A DNA stretch of 32,000 nucleotides from the NCBI RefSeq assembly GCF_000010065.1, contig NC_006576.1, forward strand, positions 1,140,001-1,172,000, written 5' to 3'. How positions within the stretch are numbered: position 1 is the first letter of the stretch; every line of letters begins with the position of its first letter. A model generated the notes under the pieces. The model had not been told where the DNA came from. It did no database searches and worked only from the letters and a program-made list of their open reading frames with translations. Position numbers and translations under genes: made by a program. The DNA comes from Synechococcus elongatus PCC 6301 (GTDB lineage: Bacteria > Cyanobacteriota > Cyanobacteriia > Synechococcales > Synechococcaceae). Positions 1 through 8,567 of this stretch are shown here, in pieces.

Positions 1-55
1 CCAGCGGAGTTTGGCAAGGGTTAGGGCAAGAACGCTCTATGTCAAAATGTGAAGC

Positions 56-1003
56 GTGAGAATTCTTGATGACCTAGACCCAGTTTCTGGTCCCACTGCG
101 ATCGCGCTGGGCAACTTTGATGGCATCCACCTAGGGCATCAGCAAGTCATCGCGCCGGTTCGGGCAGCTCATCGCAGCCATCCCGACTGGATGCCGTCGG
201 TGGTGACCTTCAACCCCCACCCCCAAGCTTTCTTCTCCGGCGATCGCCTGCCCTCCATTACCCCCGTTGCTGAAAAGGCAGAACTGCTGCAAGGGTTGGG
301 CATCGAACAGTTGGTCTTGCTGCCCTTCACCCGCGAGCTGGCCAACCTGACGCCCGAACAGTTTGTCTCAGAGGTATTGGTTCAACACCTCCAAGCGAGG
401 CAAATTAGCGTTGGCCAAGATTTTCGGTTTGGGCGAGGACGGAGCGGCTCGGCGCAGGATCTGCAAGCGATTGCCCAGGGCCGAGGTATTCCCACCACGA
501 TCGTGCCGCTGTTTAAGCACCGTGACTTGCGGGTCAGCAGCTCTGCGATTCGCAAAGCCCTCGACCAAGGTCAGCCTGAGCTGGCAGCGGCTTGGTTAGG
601 ACGCCCCTATCGCCTGACCGGTTGTGTGATTCTGGGACAGCAGCTCGGACGGCAATTGGGGACACCAACTGCCAATCTCCAGCTTCCGGCCGATAAGTTG
701 TTGCCCCGTTGGGGAGTCTATGCTGGCCGCGCTCATCTACCCGAGCAAGGACTGCACAATTTACCCGCCGTGCTGAATGTCGGTCAGCGACCCACCGTAA
801 CTGGCGATCGTAGCGTCAGTGTCGAAGTCCATCTTCTGGACTGGCAGGGCGATTGCTACGGTCAGCTGCTGCAGGTTGATCTGCTGCACTTTTTGCGACC
901 TGAACAGAAATTTGACTCGCTCAGTGCTTTGACGCAGCAAATTCAGCAAGACTGTCGCTTGGCGCGATCGCAGCTTGCAACAGAGTCATCGAGCTTGGCT
1001 TGA
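56..1003 (+). CDS. ribF: Bifunctional riboflavin kinase / FMN adenylyltransferase
   Basis: 315-aa ORF with a GTG start. The N-terminal nucleotidyltransferase motif is GNFDGIHLGHQ. The C-terminal riboflavin-kinase region contains GRQLGTPTANL and PRWGVYAG. Confidence 0.9.
   Translation: MRILDDLDPVSGPTAIALGNFDGIHLGHQQVIAPVRAAHRSHPDWMPSVVTFNPHPQAFFSGDRLPSITPVAEKAELLQGLGIEQLVLLPFTRELANLTPEQFVSEVLVQHLQARQISVGQDFRFGRGRSGSAQDLQAIAQGRGIPTTIVPLFKHRDLRVSSSAIRKALDQGQPELAAAWLGRPYRLTGCVILGQQLGRQLGTPTANLQLPADKLLPRWGVYAGRAHLPEQGLHNLPAVLNVGQRPTVTGDRSVSVEVHLLDWQGDCYGQLLQVDLLHFLRPEQKFDSLSALTQQIQQDCRLARSQLATESSSLA
98..105. repeat. HIP1 octamer GCGATCGC (exemplar copy)
   Basis: Exact GCGATCGC. I hand-counted about 90 exact copies across the window, roughly one per 350 bp, mostly inside CDSs. 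This is a hallmark of many cyanobacterial genomes. Confidence 0.9.
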
Positions 1004-1042
1004 GGCGGCAAGTGCGAGCTGGCCGCGATTGCTCAGAGGAAT

Positions 1043-1180
1043 TTAGAAGCTGTAGGCGGCATTGAGACCCCAGAGGATCAGCAGACCAATGCTGCCAAGA
1101 ATCAGGACAGCCGATAAGCCGATCGCCAAGGGATTGTCAGCGCCTTGGAACTTCATGATGCCGCGGTTGAGATCGGACAT
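1043..1180 (-). CDS. Small (45 aa) single-pass membrane protein, function unknown
   Basis: Hand-translated because it is below the ORF-track cutoff: MSDLNRGIMKFQGADNPLAIGLSAVLILGSIGLLILWGLNAAYSF. It runs from ATG (1178-1180, complement) to TAA (1043-1045, complement). Third codon positions are strongly G/C-biased, as in neighbouring genes, and there is one clear hydrophobic helix. I do not recognise the family. Confidence 0.55.
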   Translation of the reverse strand: MSDLNRGIMKFQGADNPLAIGLSAVLILGSIGLLILWGLNAAYSF

Positions 1181-1201
1181 AGTTTTGCAAGAACAACAAC
1201 G

Positions 1202-1245
1202 ATGATTAGCGGTGTTTATCACTACCTCTAGTGTTCGCTAATCAT
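1202..1245 (-). promoter_or_regulatory. Perfect 10-bp inverted repeat (ATGATTAGCG-N24-CGCTAATCAT) in the leader or promoter of the 45-aa gene
   Basis: The arms at 1202-1211 and 1236-1245 are exact reverse complements. The element lies 22-65 nt upstream of the start codon at 1180. It could be a 5'UTR hairpin or an operator. Confidence 0.35.
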
Positions 1246-1439
1246 TTCTAAATCGCAACCCTTGAACCAGTGATCCCACGGGATCATCACCCTAGAGCGA
1301 TCGCATCTTTATAAAAACTGGGTCAAAGTCGCACTGTCGTCTTTTTTCAACGCATCAAAGCTTAAGATCTGCGTTGATTTCCGTCCTAGAGTCAATCTCT
1401 GCTGAATACTCAGAAGTTTAGCGATACAAGCGGCCAAAG

Positions 1440-3500
1440 TTAGGCAAAGGGGATAACGCGATCGCGGCCGGATTGTTTACCTTGATACATCGCCGCATCA
1501 GCCCGAGCGATGAGTGTATCAATCGTTTCGGCAGGCTGAATCAGCGTGACACCAATCGTCATGGTCTGAGCTACACATCCTGCGTCTGTAGAAATAGGCT
1601 GAGCAACCACATAACGCAACTTCTCCGCGATCACTACTGCATTTTTGAGCGAGTGAACACCTTGCAAAACGACTAGAAATTCATCACCACCAATCCGTGC
1701 TGCAAAATCATTGCTACGAATCGCTAACTTGATCCGTCTTGCCACAACTTGAAGGACTGTATCACCAGCAAGATGACCAAAGTGATCGTTGACATCTTTG
1801 AAGCAATCTAGGTCACAAAATAGAACAGCAAATTCTTTCCCATGACGGCGATCGAGAGCACAAAGGGCTTGAATCCGGGCGATCGCTTCTCGACGATTAA
1901 TGAGTCCTGTTAATTCATCCGTTTTTGCCTGACGTGACAACTCTTGTTCAGTATATTTTTGACTAGTGATATCGACATTAACACCCATAACGCTCAATGG
2001 TCGACCCTCATCATCGTAGGACATGACTTTGCCACGATCGAGAATCCAACGATAAGAACCATCTCGATGTTGAATTCGATATTCTGTGGTGTAATTAGGT
2101 TGACTTTGATCAGTAAAGTTGACCTTAAGATTCTGTTCTATCAAGAGGATGTCTTCAGGATGAAGACGCTGCCACCATTCATCAAGCCTGTCAGACCAAT
2201 CTCCCTCTTGATAACCAAGTTGCTTGAGCAATCCTGGCGAGTAAAAAGCAGTTTGTGTTCTTAAATCAGCTTCATAAATAGCAATATCACCTGCACCCAT
2301 AGCAAACTCCCAACGCTGTGCTAGCTGCTGGTAACGCTCCTTAGACTCAGCAAGCTGTTGTGCTGCCTGGTAGCGATCGGTCACATCGCGCCATGTATAG
2401 CTCAACGCATTATCGACTCGGACAGCCCGAATATCAAAGCGACGCTCTTCGTTATAAATATCATGGGGATAAGCATAGTCATTGAGAATTAATGGCTCAA
2501 AACTTTGCATCGTCTGTATGTAATGATCCAGCAAACCGCTGGCCTTGTGAGCAGGTAGGATTTCAAGCAGTGTCTTCCCAATGAGTTGCTCACGAGTCAT
2601 TTGGTTATAAAGGCATGCCGCAGGGTTGGCATCTGTGTAGCGAAAATCGACAATATTACCCTTGTCATCCCAAATCGCAGTTAGTAAAACATGAGGATCA
2701 ATCAGTGAATCCATTACAGCTCTAAGTTGCGCTCGCTCCTCTCTCAATGCTTGTTGCGATCGCACCTGATCATGAATATCCCGAAAACCTTTGACAAATC
2801 CTATAGGCTGTCCTGCTTCATCCTTCACAGCTGCAACACGAATTGAAAACCAGCGATAATCACCATTTTTATGCCTTATGCGTATTGACTGTTCATGTTT
2901 AGTTGTATTTTCTTCAGGGAAAATAGCCTTAGCATACAGTGTCTCTAGTATGAAACGATCTTGAGAATGGATAAAGCTAGCGACTCTTGAGCCTATCCAA
3001 TCTTCCAAGCCCCCATCTAAGACCGATTGCAAAGAAGGTGAAACCCAGCGAATACAGTGATCAGGCTGAGCAAAAATCACAATATCTGAAGCATTTTCAG
3101 CCAGTAATCGGTAGCGTTCCTCAAGGTTTTTTTGAACTTTTATACTGCGTTGAATACGGATTGAAATCAGGACAGAGATTGTCGAGACAACAATGGTTGA
3201 CAATACAACAGAAAGATAATCAGCAGACAGAAAATATCCCCAGTAAAATCCTGCTAAAACTGTGAAAGCGAAAGCAAGAGCACTCAGCAAAAAAACTTGT
3301 CGAGGCGAGACAAAAAGAATACTTAAAACTACAGGAACCCAATAGTAGGGCTGTAAACTAATAGCAGCTGAAAGATAAAAATCCAGCCCTAAAATAGCAA
3401 CCTGACTAGTTAGCAAACAGAGTAAGTAACGATACCTATAGATCTTCCAGCGAAGAATTTTCAAGGGTCGACACCATCCTGCCATAATTGATTCCTTCAT
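1440..3500 (-). CDS. Membrane-anchored PAS/PAC sensor diguanylate cyclase (GGDEF)
   Basis: 686-aa ORF with about four N-terminal hydrophobic helices and three PAS-like repeats. The C-terminal GGDEF domain has an intact RIGGDEF active site. An RSND (RxxD) I-site lies five residues upstream of it. The gene is visibly AT-rich compared with its neighbours. Confidence 0.9.
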   Translation of the reverse strand: MKESIMAGWCRPLKILRWKIYRYRYLLCLLTSQVAILGLDFYLSAAISLQPYYWVPVVLSILFVSPRQVFLLSALAFAFTVLAGFYWGYFLSADYLSVVLSTIVVSTISVLISIRIQRSIKVQKNLEERYRLLAENASDIVIFAQPDHCIRWVSPSLQSVLDGGLEDWIGSRVASFIHSQDRFILETLYAKAIFPEENTTKHEQSIRIRHKNGDYRWFSIRVAAVKDEAGQPIGFVKGFRDIHDQVRSQQALREERAQLRAVMDSLIDPHVLLTAIWDDKGNIVDFRYTDANPAACLYNQMTREQLIGKTLLEILPAHKASGLLDHYIQTMQSFEPLILNDYAYPHDIYNEERRFDIRAVRVDNALSYTWRDVTDRYQAAQQLAESKERYQQLAQRWEFAMGAGDIAIYEADLRTQTAFYSPGLLKQLGYQEGDWSDRLDEWWQRLHPEDILLIEQNLKVNFTDQSQPNYTTEYRIQHRDGSYRWILDRGKVMSYDDEGRPLSVMGVNVDITSQKYTEQELSRQAKTDELTGLINRREAIARIQALCALDRRHGKEFAVLFCDLDCFKDVNDHFGHLAGDTVLQVVARRIKLAIRSNDFAARIGGDEFLVVLQGVHSLKNAVVIAEKLRYVVAQPISTDAGCVAQTMTIGVTLIQPAETIDTLIARADAAMYQGKQSGRDRVIPFA

Positions 3501-3835
3501 AAGAATTCTATTTTAAGGACAAGATATGCTGGTTTTTACCATAGCTTTTTTAGATTTAAACTGCCACTTACGTAAATCTTGTGATCGCTACAACCAGAGT
3601 GGCAACCTAGTGAGCAGAACTAAGCCGTTGACTGTCTTCAAAGCAGCGCTGGTAGAGCCGAGGGACTCCCTCTCTGTCGTTATCTCCGGCCATGAATAGC
3701 AAGTCTATGACGCAATTATCACACTCAATTGTTTAATTGCTCAAGAAGGAATTTTCTATTTTTCGTACTTCTGACGCTAGAGCGCCCAGCAAAGAAAGCG
3801 CTACGGTGAAAAGCAGATTTCGCTGAGCTGCTGCC

Positions 3836-5215
3836 ATGACTGCTGTCGTTCTCCCTGCTGCCGCTGAAACGCTGGCTGCTTTACAAGCAACCTTTGATCG
3901 GGGGGATACACGCACGCTCGCCTTCCGACTGGCGCGATTACAGGATCTGGCCAAGCTAGTTGCTGACAATGAAGCGGAGCTATTGCAAGCCTTGGCGTCA
4001 GACCTCCGCAAACCAGCACTGGAAGCCTACGCCAGTGAGATTTATTTCGTGCGCGACCAAATCAAACTGACCTGCAAGCATCTGCGGCGCTGGATGCAAC
4101 CCGAGAAGCAGTCGATTTCCTTGATGCAGCAGCCTGGCCAGGCCTATCGCCAAGCAGAACCGCTCGGAGTCGTGCTGATCATTGGCCCCTGGAACTATCC
4201 CTTTCAGCTGCTCATCACGCCGTTGATTGGGGCGATCGCGGCGGGAAATTGTGCCGTACTCAAACCATCGGAACTGGCTCCCGCGACTTCCAGCCTGATT
4301 CAGCGACTGATCAGCGATCGCTTTGACCCTGATTACATCCGCGTTTTAGAAGGCGATGCTAGCGTTAGCCAAGCCCTGATTACTCAGCCCTTCGATCACA
4401 TCTTCTTCACTGGCGGCACGGCGATCGGGCGAAAAGTGATGGCTGCTGCGGCCGAAAACCTGACGCCCGTCACCCTCGAGTTGGGCGGTAAGTCACCCTG
4501 CATTGTTGATACCGATATCGACCTCGATGTGGCCGCCCGTCGCATCGCCTGGGGCAAATTCTTCAACGCCGGTCAAACCTGCATTGCGCCTGACTATTTG
4601 TTGGTGCAACGCACGGTCGCAGAGCCGTTCATTGAAGCGCTGATCGACAACATCCAGCAGTTCTATGGCGAGGATCCGCAACAGAGTGCTGACTACGCCC
4701 GCATTGTCAGCGATCGCCACTGGCAAAGGCTAAATAGCCTGTTGGTTGATGGCACGATTCGCCATGGTGGTCAGGTGGATAGGAGCGATCGCTACATCGC
4801 ACCGACTTTAATTACGGACGTCAACTGGCGCGATCCCATCCTGCAAGAGGAGATTTTTGGGCCCCTCTTGCCGATTTTGATTTACGACCAATTGGATGAG
4901 GCGATCGCCCAAATTCGTGCCCAGCCCAAGCCCCTCGCGCTCTATCTATTCAGCCGCGATCGCCAAGTGCAAGAGCGCGTCCTAGCGGAAACCAGCGCCG
5001 GTAGCGTCTGCCTCAACGACACGATCCTGCAGGTCGGCGTCCCCGATGCTGCTTTTGGTGGGGTCGGCCCCAGCGGCATGGGCGGCTATCACGGCAAAGC
5101 CAGTTTCGAAACCTTCAGTCACTACAAGCTGGTGCTCAAGCGACCGTTTTGGCTCGATCTGGCCCTGCGCTATCCGCCCTACGGCGACAAGATCAACCTC
5201 TTCCGCAAGCTCTAG
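3836..5215 (+). CDS. NAD(P)+-dependent aldehyde dehydrogenase, ALDH3-like (fatty/aromatic aldehyde type)
   Basis: 459-aa ORF. It has the ELGGKSP glutamate motif, the catalytic Cys context GQTCIAPDY and EEIFGPLLPI. Confidence 0.9.
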   Translation: MTAVVLPAAAETLAALQATFDRGDTRTLAFRLARLQDLAKLVADNEAELLQALASDLRKPALEAYASEIYFVRDQIKLTCKHLRRWMQPEKQSISLMQQPGQAYRQAEPLGVVLIIGPWNYPFQLLITPLIGAIAAGNCAVLKPSELAPATSSLIQRLISDRFDPDYIRVLEGDASVSQALITQPFDHIFFTGGTAIGRKVMAAAAENLTPVTLELGGKSPCIVDTDIDLDVAARRIAWGKFFNAGQTCIAPDYLLVQRTVAEPFIEALIDNIQQFYGEDPQQSADYARIVSDRHWQRLNSLLVDGTIRHGGQVDRSDRYIAPTLITDVNWRDPILQEEIFGPLLPILIYDQLDEAIAQIRAQPKPLALYLFSRDRQVQERVLAETSAGSVCLNDTILQVGVPDAAFGGVGPSGMGGYHGKASFETFSHYKLVLKRPFWLDLALRYPPYGDKINLFRKL

Positions 5216-5235
5216 TGGCTACAAGCGATCGTGCT

Positions 5236-6564
5236 TTACCAGCCGGATTCGTCGAATTGCAGCGCTTGCCCCCGCACCGACTCATTAAACTGGCCGCGAT
5301 CGTAGACGATCTGACCGCCAACGATGGTCACCTGCGGCCAGCCGGTTAGGTTCCAGCCCTCAAAGGGGCTCCAGCCGCACTTAGTCTGCAGATCTTCTCG
5401 CCGCACTAGTTGGTAGCGATCGAGATCGACCAGCACCAAGTCAGCATCATAGCCGGGCTCAATCTTGCCTTTGTTTGCGATGCCGAAGATTTTGGCCACA
5501 TTAGTCGACATCCACTGGGCAACTTGCGCCACCGTGCAGCGGCCCTTTTGCGCTTCGGTCAGCATCAGCGGCAAGGAAGTTTCAACCCCCGGCATGCCCG
5601 AAGGGCAATTGGGATAGGGCTGGGCTTTTTCCTCAAGGGTGTGGGGTGCGTGATCGGTCGCAATGCAGTCAATCACACCATCGAGCAGCGCTTGCCAGAG
5701 CACTTCGTTGTCCCATCGCGTCCGCAAGGGCGGGTTCATCTGCGCGAGACTGCCGATCTCGTAGTAGGCATCGCGGTTGAGCAGCAAATGCTGTGGTGTC
5801 ACCTCCGTCGTCACCCAAGCTGGCTTGTCCTGCCGTAGCAGCAGCGCTTCGTCACCGGTTGAGAGGTGGAGGATATGCAGCCGCCGCTGGTATTTCTTCG
5901 AGAGTTTGAGCGCCAGACGGGTCGCCAGCAAGGCCGCTTCATTGTCTTGAATGGCGGAATGGAGATCCGGCACGTGGGGGCCCGCCAGCATGAACTCACG
6001 GCGCGCCAAAATGCGTGGCTGATCCTCCGCATGCACCGCAATCAGGCGCCGTCCCGCTGCAAAAATCGGCTCCAGTTCGGGTTCTGTCGGCACCATCAGC
6101 GGGCTGTGAGAGGCCCCCATGAAAATCTTGATGCCACAGGTGGGTGTCGCCGTATGCAGGTCGGGATGATTCTCTGGCGTCGCACCAATGAAGAAGGCGT
6201 AGTTGACGAGGCTTTTCTCTGCTGCGATCGCCAGCTTCTCTGTCAGGATTGCCTGGGTCGTCGTCAGCGGCTTGGTGTTGGGCATCTCCATAAAGCTGGT
6301 GACACCACCCCGCGCACAGGCGCGGCTAGCCGTGTGCAAATCTTCTTTGTGGGTCAAGCCCGGATCCCGAAAGTGCACCTGTGGATCGATCACGCCCGGG
6401 AGTAACGCCAGTCCTTCAGCCTGCACTTCCGGCGTATCGTCACTTGCGGCAGGCAACTGATCTGCGATCGCGACGATCTTGCCAGCCCGAACCTCGACAT
6501 CGGCCAGTTGCCACTCTCCTGTGGGCAAGAGCACTCGGGCGTTACGAATCCAGAGGTCGCTCAT
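5236..6564 (-). CDS. pyrC: Dihydroorotase (amidohydrolase superfamily, long type)
   Basis: 442-aa ORF. Motifs are VIDPQVHFRDPG, the metal/Asp motif CIATDHAPH, and GVTSFMEMPNTKP. Confidence 0.85.
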   Translation of the reverse strand: MSDLWIRNARVLLPTGEWQLADVEVRAGKIVAIADQLPAASDDTPEVQAEGLALLPGVIDPQVHFRDPGLTHKEDLHTASRACARGGVTSFMEMPNTKPLTTTQAILTEKLAIAAEKSLVNYAFFIGATPENHPDLHTATPTCGIKIFMGASHSPLMVPTEPELEPIFAAGRRLIAVHAEDQPRILARREFMLAGPHVPDLHSAIQDNEAALLATRLALKLSKKYQRRLHILHLSTGDEALLLRQDKPAWVTTEVTPQHLLLNRDAYYEIGSLAQMNPPLRTRWDNEVLWQALLDGVIDCIATDHAPHTLEEKAQPYPNCPSGMPGVETSLPLMLTEAQKGRCTVAQVAQWMSTNVAKIFGIANKGKIEPGYDADLVLVDLDRYQLVRREDLQTKCGWSPFEGWNLTGWPQVTIVGGQIVYDRGQFNESVRGQALQFDESGW

Positions 6565-6707
6565 GCAAACTGTTCCTTTCCACGTGCTATGCCGAGCCTA
6601 GGCGAGGCAGCAAGCGATTGGCAATGAGATTCAGTCAGCGAGGCGGGGAACTCACGGGCTAGGATGTGCATCATCATCTTCCATGCCAAGGCTGACTTCT
6701 GAACTTC

Positions 6708-7370
6708 ATGGCTAAACCAGAAACGTCGTCTACTTCCACGGCTAGCTCTGACACCCCTAGCCCGAAGAAGGAGAACGTCTGGCTCGAGAATGCCAAAACC
6801 CTCGGACTGAGCATCATTTTTGCCCTAGGGATTCGGCAGTTCGTCGCCGAGGCTCGCTACATTCCCTCGGGTTCGATGCTGCCTACCCTGCAGATCAACG
6901 ATCGCCTGATCATTGACAAGGTTAGCTATCGCTTCAATCCGCCGCAGCGGGGCGACATCATTGTCTTTGAACCGCCCTTTGCTTTGCGGAAACGGGGCTA
7001 CGACGATGCTTTTATCAAACGGGTGATTGGCCTCCCCGGCGACACTGTCGAAGTCCGAGATGGCCAAGTTTATGTCAATGGCAAAGTCCTGAATGAGAAT
7101 TACATCGCCCAAGAGCCCAGCTACACCTGGGGACCCAAAACCGTGCCTGCCAATAGCTACCTTGTGTTGGGCGACAACCGCAACAACAGCTACGACAGCC
7201 ACTATTGGGGATTTGTCCCGGAAAACAAAATCATCGGTAAAGCCCTCGTGCGTTTTTGGCCGCTCAACCGCTTGGGGGAAGTAGAACCTCTGCCCAGCTA
7301 CCAAAAAACGCCACCCATCACGCCCCTAGGCTGGCGGTTGCCACACCCGACCCACCAGCGTTTGTCCTAG
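6708..7370 (+). CDS. lepB: Signal peptidase I (paralog 1)
   Basis: 220-aa ORF with an N-terminal TM helix. The catalytic Ser box is [10 protein letters not shown] and the Lys box is [26 protein letters not shown] is also present. Confidence 0.9.
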   Translation: MAKPETSSTSTASSDTPSPKKENVWLENAKTLGLSIIFALGIRQFVAEARYIPSGSMLPTLQINDRLIIDKVSYRFNPPQRGDIIVFEPPFALRKRGYDDAFIKRVIGLPGDTVEVRDGQVYVNGKVLNENYIAQEPSYTWGPKTVPANSYLVLGDNRNNSYDSHYWGFVPENKIIGKALVRFWPLNRLGEVEPLPSYQKTPPITPLGWRLPHPTHQRLS

Positions 7371-8561
7371 GAGATGGGTGTTGCGGGCTTGCGATCGCAG
7401 GCTCGTCTCACTCACAGTCCAGGTCTGGTGCGGGTCAAACACCGTGACGCGATCGCCCAGTTCCAGCGATCGTGGCGTTTCACCCAAACACTGTTGTGGC
7501 CCTGTCGAAAGTCGCTGCCAGAGTGTCAGCGGCGACCAGCCTGCTTCAACCACCAGTGTTTGCCAAAGCTGGGGTAACGCCAATTCCAGCCCGATCGCAC
7601 CGGCTGGAGCCTCACCAAAAGCAACCGTTTTCTCTTCGTAGAGGTAGGGACTGTGATCGACGGCGATCGCGGTAATCACACCTTCTTGAACCGCTTGCTG
7701 AAGCGCCAGTTGTTCTTCCGGTTCCGGCAGTGGCGGCGCTAGGCGCAGGTTGGGATCATAATCCGTGAGGTCGGCAGTATTTCCCAGCAAATGCAACCAA
7801 GTGACGCTGGCCGTAATTGGCAGGCCTCGCTGCTGGGCTTGGGCGATCAATTCGACGCTACGCGCTGTCGAAACTCGCATCAAATGTATGGGTGTCAGGC
7901 AATCAGCGAGTAGCTCTAGCAGCAGTGCTAAGGCAGCAGTTTCCGAACTTTGGGGATCGACCGGCAAGCCCCAACGCAATGCCAAACTGCCCTGACGGGC
8001 CCGTCCTTTGCCGCGCAACTGGCGATCGCAGGGCCAGATCAACAAAGGCCGATCGAGGCTGTGACTGTAGAGCAACAATTGCCGTAGAAAGGCAGGATTG
8101 GCCAGTGGCTGGCCATCGCCAAAGCCGATCGCTCCAGCAGCAGCCAACTCTGCCAATTCACTGAGTTGTTCACCTTGCCCTTGCCGAGAATAGGCCGCCC
8201 AGTAGTCGAACTGCACGCCGTTAAACTGGTGCGATCGCGCACTGAGTGTCTCAGCTTGATCGAGCCAGGGATCACCTTCGGGTAAGAGTACAACCCGACC
8301 AAAGCCACCCGCCGCTGCTGCTGCTGCCAAACTGGCAAAAGTTTCGCGGGGTTCTGCACCCGGTTCGCCAGCGCGACTGTAGAGATCGGTCAGAGTTGGA
8401 CCCAGAATCCAATCGGAGGCAGCATGAATTCGATCATCCGGTTGGGGATCGAGGTGATCTGAGATCGCGACTAGGCAGCCGTTTTCGATCCGCACATCGC
8501 AATGACGATCCGCTGCGATCGCCGGATCTAGCACCCGAATTTGATGCAACAGATCGGCCAT
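7326..8561 (-). CDS. Dihydroorotase-like amidohydrolase with degenerate metal site (PyrC'-like, probably non-catalytic)
   Basis: 411-aa ORF that aligns by eye with DHOases. The HxH position reads [10 protein letters not shown], so both His are lost. The C-terminal motif reads AIAVDHSPY where pyrC has TDHAPH. Confidence 0.75.
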   Translation of the reverse strand: MADLLHQIRVLDPAIAADRHCDVRIENGCLVAISDHLDPQPDDRIHAASDWILGPTLTDLYSRAGEPGAEPRETFASLAAAAAAGGFGRVVLLPEGDPWLDQAETLSARSHQFNGVQFDYWAAYSRQGQGEQLSELAELAAAGAIGFGDGQPLANPAFLRQLLLYSHSLDRPLLIWPCDRQLRGKGRARQGSLALRWGLPVDPQSSETAALALLLELLADCLTPIHLMRVSTARSVELIAQAQQRGLPITASVTWLHLLGNTADLTDYDPNLRLAPPLPEPEEQLALQQAVQEGVITAIAVDHSPYLYEEKTVAFGEAPAGAIGLELALPQLWQTLVVEAGWSPLTLWQRLSTGPQQCLGETPRSLELGDRVTVFDPHQTWTVSETSLRSQARNTHLLGQTLVGRVWQPPA

Positions 8562-8567
8562 GACTGC

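Noticed and set aside
1342-1380. Inverted repeat TCAACGCA-N15-TGCGTTGA downstream of the GGDEF gene, considered as its terminator
   Set aside because: On the minus-strand transcript the stem is followed by an A-run, not a U-run. On the plus strand only TTT follows and no plus-strand gene ends there. I do not call it an intrinsic terminator.
3640-3700. tRNA-like string GCTGGTAGAGC followed by a GAGGG-ACT-CCCTC hairpin
   Set aside because: No acceptor stem can be drawn, there is no T-loop (GTTCGAATC-like), and the hairpin loop of 3 nt cannot be an anticodon arm. I found no convincing tRNA anywhere in the window.
3733-4019. Two minus-strand ORFs (92 and 72 aa) overlapping the aldehyde dehydrogenase 5' end
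   Set aside because: They are antisense shadow ORFs with Ser/Ala/Arg-rich low-complexity products.
5866-6405. 179-aa plus-strand ORF (with 5410-5838 and 6203-6460) antisense to pyrC
   Set aside because: It is a shadow ORF of a GC-rich gene. It is Arg-rich with no motifs, and the opposite strand encodes a complete dihydroorotase.
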